From an uncultured delta proteobacterium (GTDB taxonomy: Bacteria > Desulfobacterota > Binatia > HRBIN30 > BPIQ01): a stretch of 64,000 nucleotides of DNA. Every line of letters begins with the position of its first letter. Positions within the stretch are counted from its first letter, which is position 1. Both the position numbers and the translations under genes were made by a program. Location of the stretch: contig CAVXGR010000024.1 in the NCBI GenBank assembly GCA_963761335.1, positions 182,628 through 246,627 on the forward strand. The letters are read 5' to 3'. Positions 62,928 through 64,000 of the stretch are shown here, in pieces. The notes below the pieces were generated by a model. It did no database searches. It saw nothing but the letters and a program-made list of their open reading frames with translations, and was not told the origin of the DNA.

Positions 62928-62954
62928 AAAAGCCCTCGATTTCTCGAGGGCTTT
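62928..62954 (-). terminator. Intrinsic terminator downstream of tRNA-Lys
   Basis: Hairpin AAGCCCTCGA-x-TCGAGGGCTT followed by T-rich tract on minus strand. Confidence 0.75.
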
Positions 62955-62959
62955 CGAAG

Positions 62960-63033
62960 TGGGCCGCCCGAGACTCGAACTCGGGACCCGCTGATTAAGA
63001 GTCAGCTGCTCTAGCCAACTGAGCTAGCGGCCC
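62960..63033 (-). tRNA. tRNA-Lys (anticodon CTT), CCA not encoded
   Basis: GGGCCGC acceptor, TAGCTCAGTTGGCTAGAGC D-arm, GCTGA-CT-CTT-AA-TCAGC anticodon arm, GTTCGAG T-loop. Confidence 0.96.
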
Positions 63034-63103
63034 GTACCTTTGGTCAACGCCGTCGGTACTGGTTACCGGATTCCTGCGGGAATTCAAGCCCGGGGGCGTT
63101 GAC

Positions 63104-63943
63104 GTGTTCTTGCGTCGCAGCGAGGACGCGTCCACCGTGGATATTGTTGCTGGCAAAAACGGCCGCGCTGGCGGCGCTCTCGAGAGGAGCAAGTCGGCGA
63201 AGCGGAAGCCGGAGCTGCGGATCGGCACGTCGGGGTACCAGTACGACGAGTGGCGGGGGCTCTTCTACCCGGCGGACCTGCCCAAGCGGCGCTGGCTGGC
63301 GCACTACGCCGCACATTTCGACACCGTCGAGATCAACAACTGCTTCTACCGCCTGCCGCAGCCGGCGGTCTTCGATTCCTGGCGCCAGCAGGCGTTTCCC
63401 GGATTCTGCTACGCGCTCAAGTTCAGCCGCTACGCTACCCATATGAAGCGGCTCCGCGATCCGCAGGAGCCGCTCGGCCGTTTTCTCGAAGGGGCGAGAC
63501 GACTCGGGCCCTTCCTCGGACCCATCCTGGTGCAGCTGCCGCCGCGCTGGAAGGTGAGCCCGGAACGCCTGCAAGCCTTTCTGCAGGCGGCGCCGCGCGA
63601 CTGCCGTTGGGCCGTGGAGCTTCGTGACCCGAGCTGGCTCTGCGAGGAGGTCTACCGGCTTCTCTCGGCGCGCGGCGCGGCGCTCTGCATCCACGATCTG
63701 ATTGCGGACCACCCCCGCCGGATCACCGCCGACTGGGTGTACCTGCGCTTCCACGGCATCGCCTACGGCGGCAGCTACTCCGCTTCGGCTCTGCGCCAGG
63801 AGGCGACGCGCATCCGCCGCTACCGGCGGCGCGGCCTCGACGTGTTCGCCTACTTCAACAACGATCGGGGCGGGCACGCGGTGCACAATGCTCTCGAGCT
63901 GAGAGCGCTGCTGACCAAGGGGATCTCGGGCGTGTCGCCGTGA
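63104..63943 (+). CDS. DUF72 family protein (start uncertain)
   Basis: IGTSGYQY..W.G.FYP, FDTVEIN..FY, THMKRL, LVQLPP, YLRFHG, YFNND..GHA. Confidence 0.9.
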   Translation: MFLRRSEDASTVDIVAGKNGRAGGALERSKSAKRKPELRIGTSGYQYDEWRGLFYPADLPKRRWLAHYAAHFDTVEINNCFYRLPQPAVFDSWRQQAFPGFCYALKFSRYATHMKRLRDPQEPLGRFLEGARRLGPFLGPILVQLPPRWKVSPERLQAFLQAAPRDCRWAVELRDPSWLCEEVYRLLSARGAALCIHDLIADHPRRITADWVYLRFHGIAYGGSYSASALRQEATRIRRYRRRGLDVFAYFNNDRGGHAVHNALELRALLTKGISGVSP

Positions 63944-64000
63944 GGCGGGGCGGGGATTGCTCCCCGCCCCTTCGCTGGCGAATGCGCCAGAAGGGATTCG

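Noticed and set aside
62765..62998. 77-aa ORF as a real gene
   Set aside because: Chimera of operator DNA, the 90-bp duplicated fragment, terminator and antisense tRNA.
57738..63033. Intact prophage or integrative element at tRNA-Lys
   Set aside because: No integrase, phage gene or duplicated tRNA 3' end found in the window; only scar-like repeats.

Overview
High-GC bacterial chromosome segment; the gene set is reminiscent of Binatota/Myxococcota-related deltaproteobacterial lineages (inference). It carries housekeeping genes (rnc 3' end, wecB, RluA-family pseudouridine synthase, mannose-1-phosphate guanylyltransferase, guaB, guaA, dnaE, hflX, two PlsB-type acyltransferases) and a ~12.5 kb respiratory cluster. 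That cluster has a Rieske protein, split cytochrome b6/subunit IV, an octaheme cytochrome c, a cupredoxin-like protein, an A1-type heme-copper oxidase, CtaB, Sco and three small membrane ORFs not reported as separate proteins by the ORF track. Also present: lipid/hopanoid transport genes (HpnN/MlaA/HpnM-like), a split PEP-synthase-like phosphotransferase whose ATP-grasp subunit is fused to a cyclic-nucleotide-binding domain, a BrnT/BrnA-type toxin-antitoxin pair and tRNA-Lys(CTT). Intergenic DNA is densely occupied by at least six families of short inverted-repeat elements. The most striking is a MITE in three copies with 13-bp imperfect TIRs and 6-bp target duplications, each ending exactly 15 bp from a predicted sigma70 -35 hexamer. 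A secreted two-repeat protein with a C-terminal sorting signal appears to have captured a duplicated copy of the neighbouring aidB-like promoter and start. No transposase, integrase or CRISPR array is visible. Many start codons were re-assigned by eye from RBS/homology context.
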